NCBI GenBank assembly: GCA_017499595.2
Contig: CM039001.1
Coordinates: forward strand, 1,984,001 to 2,048,000
Origin: Psilocybe cubensis
Lineage: Eukaryota
Length of the DNA stretch: 64,000 nucleotides
Direction of reading: 5' to 3'
This document shows positions 63,917 to 64,000 of the stretch, piece after piece. The translations under genes were made by a program, and so were the position numbers. Each line of letters begins with the position of its first letter. Positions within the stretch are counted from its first letter, which is position 1. A model generated the notes under the pieces. That model ran no database searches. It saw nothing but the letters and a program-made list of their open reading frames with translations, and was not told where the DNA came from.

Positions 63917-64000
63917 AGATGGAAATTAATTCGTGAAACCTGTTTTCTTTCATGTATCATAATGTGTCAGAGCGACGATGTAAAATACGATGTGTAAACA

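Overview
Gene-dense, intron-rich fungal genomic DNA. Short ~50-60 nt introns with CTRAY branch points and the protein sequences suggest an Agaricomycete basidiomycete. About 34 protein-coding genes can be reconstructed. Most are housekeeping: VID27, FEX, CKB1, RPL36, SAL1, TSPO, HIS4, PDB1, IDH1, DCC1, GLN1, APS1, RRN7, a ferric reductase, SDT1, RPL6, COX18 and CENP-A. I found no transposons, tRNA/rRNA genes or CRISPR arrays. Two things stand out. (i) Three genes matching the quelling/RNAi effector set lie within ~46 kb: a catalytically intact Argonaute, a QDE-1-like RdRP (GDYDGD) and a QIP/Gfd2-like DEDDh exonuclease, the last head-to-head with centromeric histone H3. (ii) An intron-containing DUF262 (GmrSD N-terminal, ParB/Srx-fold) gene lies head-to-head with an uncharacterised, probably nuclear protein. 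Smaller signals are 3- and 7-nt microexons, a stop-codon-only Argonaute exon, at least seven GC-AG introns, an 11-mer shared by the 5' UTRs of both ribosomal protein genes, and MCB, Gcn4 and GATA promoter motifs. Gene coordinates run from start to stop codon including introns and were assembled by eye. Family calls come from motif recognition, not database searches.
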